Shown here: positions 63,536 to 64,000 of the stretch, in pieces
Position numbering within the stretch: position 1 is the stretch's first letter
Layout of the letters: the number at the start of each line of letters is the position of its first letter
DNA from: an uncultured delta proteobacterium
GTDB taxonomy: Bacteria > Myxococcota > Myxococcia > Myxococcales > Myxococcaceae
NCBI GenBank assembly: GCA_963771175.1
Contig: CAVYSY010000045.1
Coordinates: forward strand, 64,001-128,000
DNA length: 64,000 nt
Reading direction: 5' to 3'
Notes under the pieces: model-generated
Database searches by the model: none
Seen by the model: the letters and a program-made list of their open reading frames with translations, nothing else
What the model was told of the DNA's origin: nothing
Position numbers and translations under genes: made by a program

Positions 63536-64000
63536 CTAGCGACCGTTCTTTGCCACCGCACTCTTGTCCATCCACCCCAGGGTCTTCGCGTGGAGGCTCT
63601 GGATGTATAGCCGGTCCTCCGTCTCGGTGACGGAGGTGGCCTCGGGGTAGGTGCCGCTCGGGTCCTGCATGTCCACGAGCACCCGGCCCGCTCTCGTCGA
63701 AAGCGAAGACGTGGCCGTAGGGCTTCGGCACCGGCCACATGGACTTGGGCAGCCGCACCGAGAGCGCGCGCAGCCAGGGCTTGTCGGCCGTCTTGTCCAC
63801 GAAGGCGCCGCGAGGCTTGGTGAAGCCCACCCAGATGCGACCCTCCTGCCCGCGCATCAGGTTGTCTGGATAGCCGGGCAGGTTGGAGAGCAGCACCTGG
63901 GCCTGCTCGCTCGGCCGGGCCGCCAGCTGCTTCGCATCCAGCTCCCTCGCCTCCACGGCCACCTTCCAGATGCGGTACTCGCCTGTCTCGGTGAGGAACA
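63536..64000 (-). CDS. Strictosidine synthase/SMP-30-like beta-propeller protein, 3' part, one frameshift
   Basis: NLPGYPDN, GRIWVG, QDPSG...LYIQSL. Confidence 0.75.

Overview
High-GC myxobacterial-type DNA (taxon inferred from gene content). The assembly has patches of single-base indels that split otherwise intact genes. From left to right the window contains: (1) the end of a probable NRPS/PKS cluster, with a CmlA-like diiron hydroxylase and a type II thioesterase; (2) a complete ~27 kb minus-strand extracellular contractile injection system (eCIS; cap, sheath, two tubes, spike, PAAR, baseplate, tape measure, AAA ATPase) that ends in a 1536-aa putative nuclease effector and a candidate immunity gene; (3) signalling and housekeeping genes (FHA protein, PP2C-cNMP phosphatase, coaBC, family-4 UDG) and a lysine-degradation cluster (kdd, kamD, kamE, kal, kce); (4) a tightly coupled 7-gene operon I cannot assign to a known pathway (47986-57214): glycosyltransferase-radical SAM fusion, WG-repeat-kinase fusion, WG-repeat-class II aldolase fusion, histidine phosphatase, carbamoyltransferase and two further radical SAM enzymes. 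This operon is the best candidate for an undescribed system; (5) an RluA-type pseudouridine synthase, a low-GC orphan, and an OmpA beta-barrel gene paired with a TSP3-repeat/MYXO-CTERM-like gene. No rRNA, tRNA, CRISPR array or transposase was recognised. All family calls come from motif recognition by eye, not database searches.
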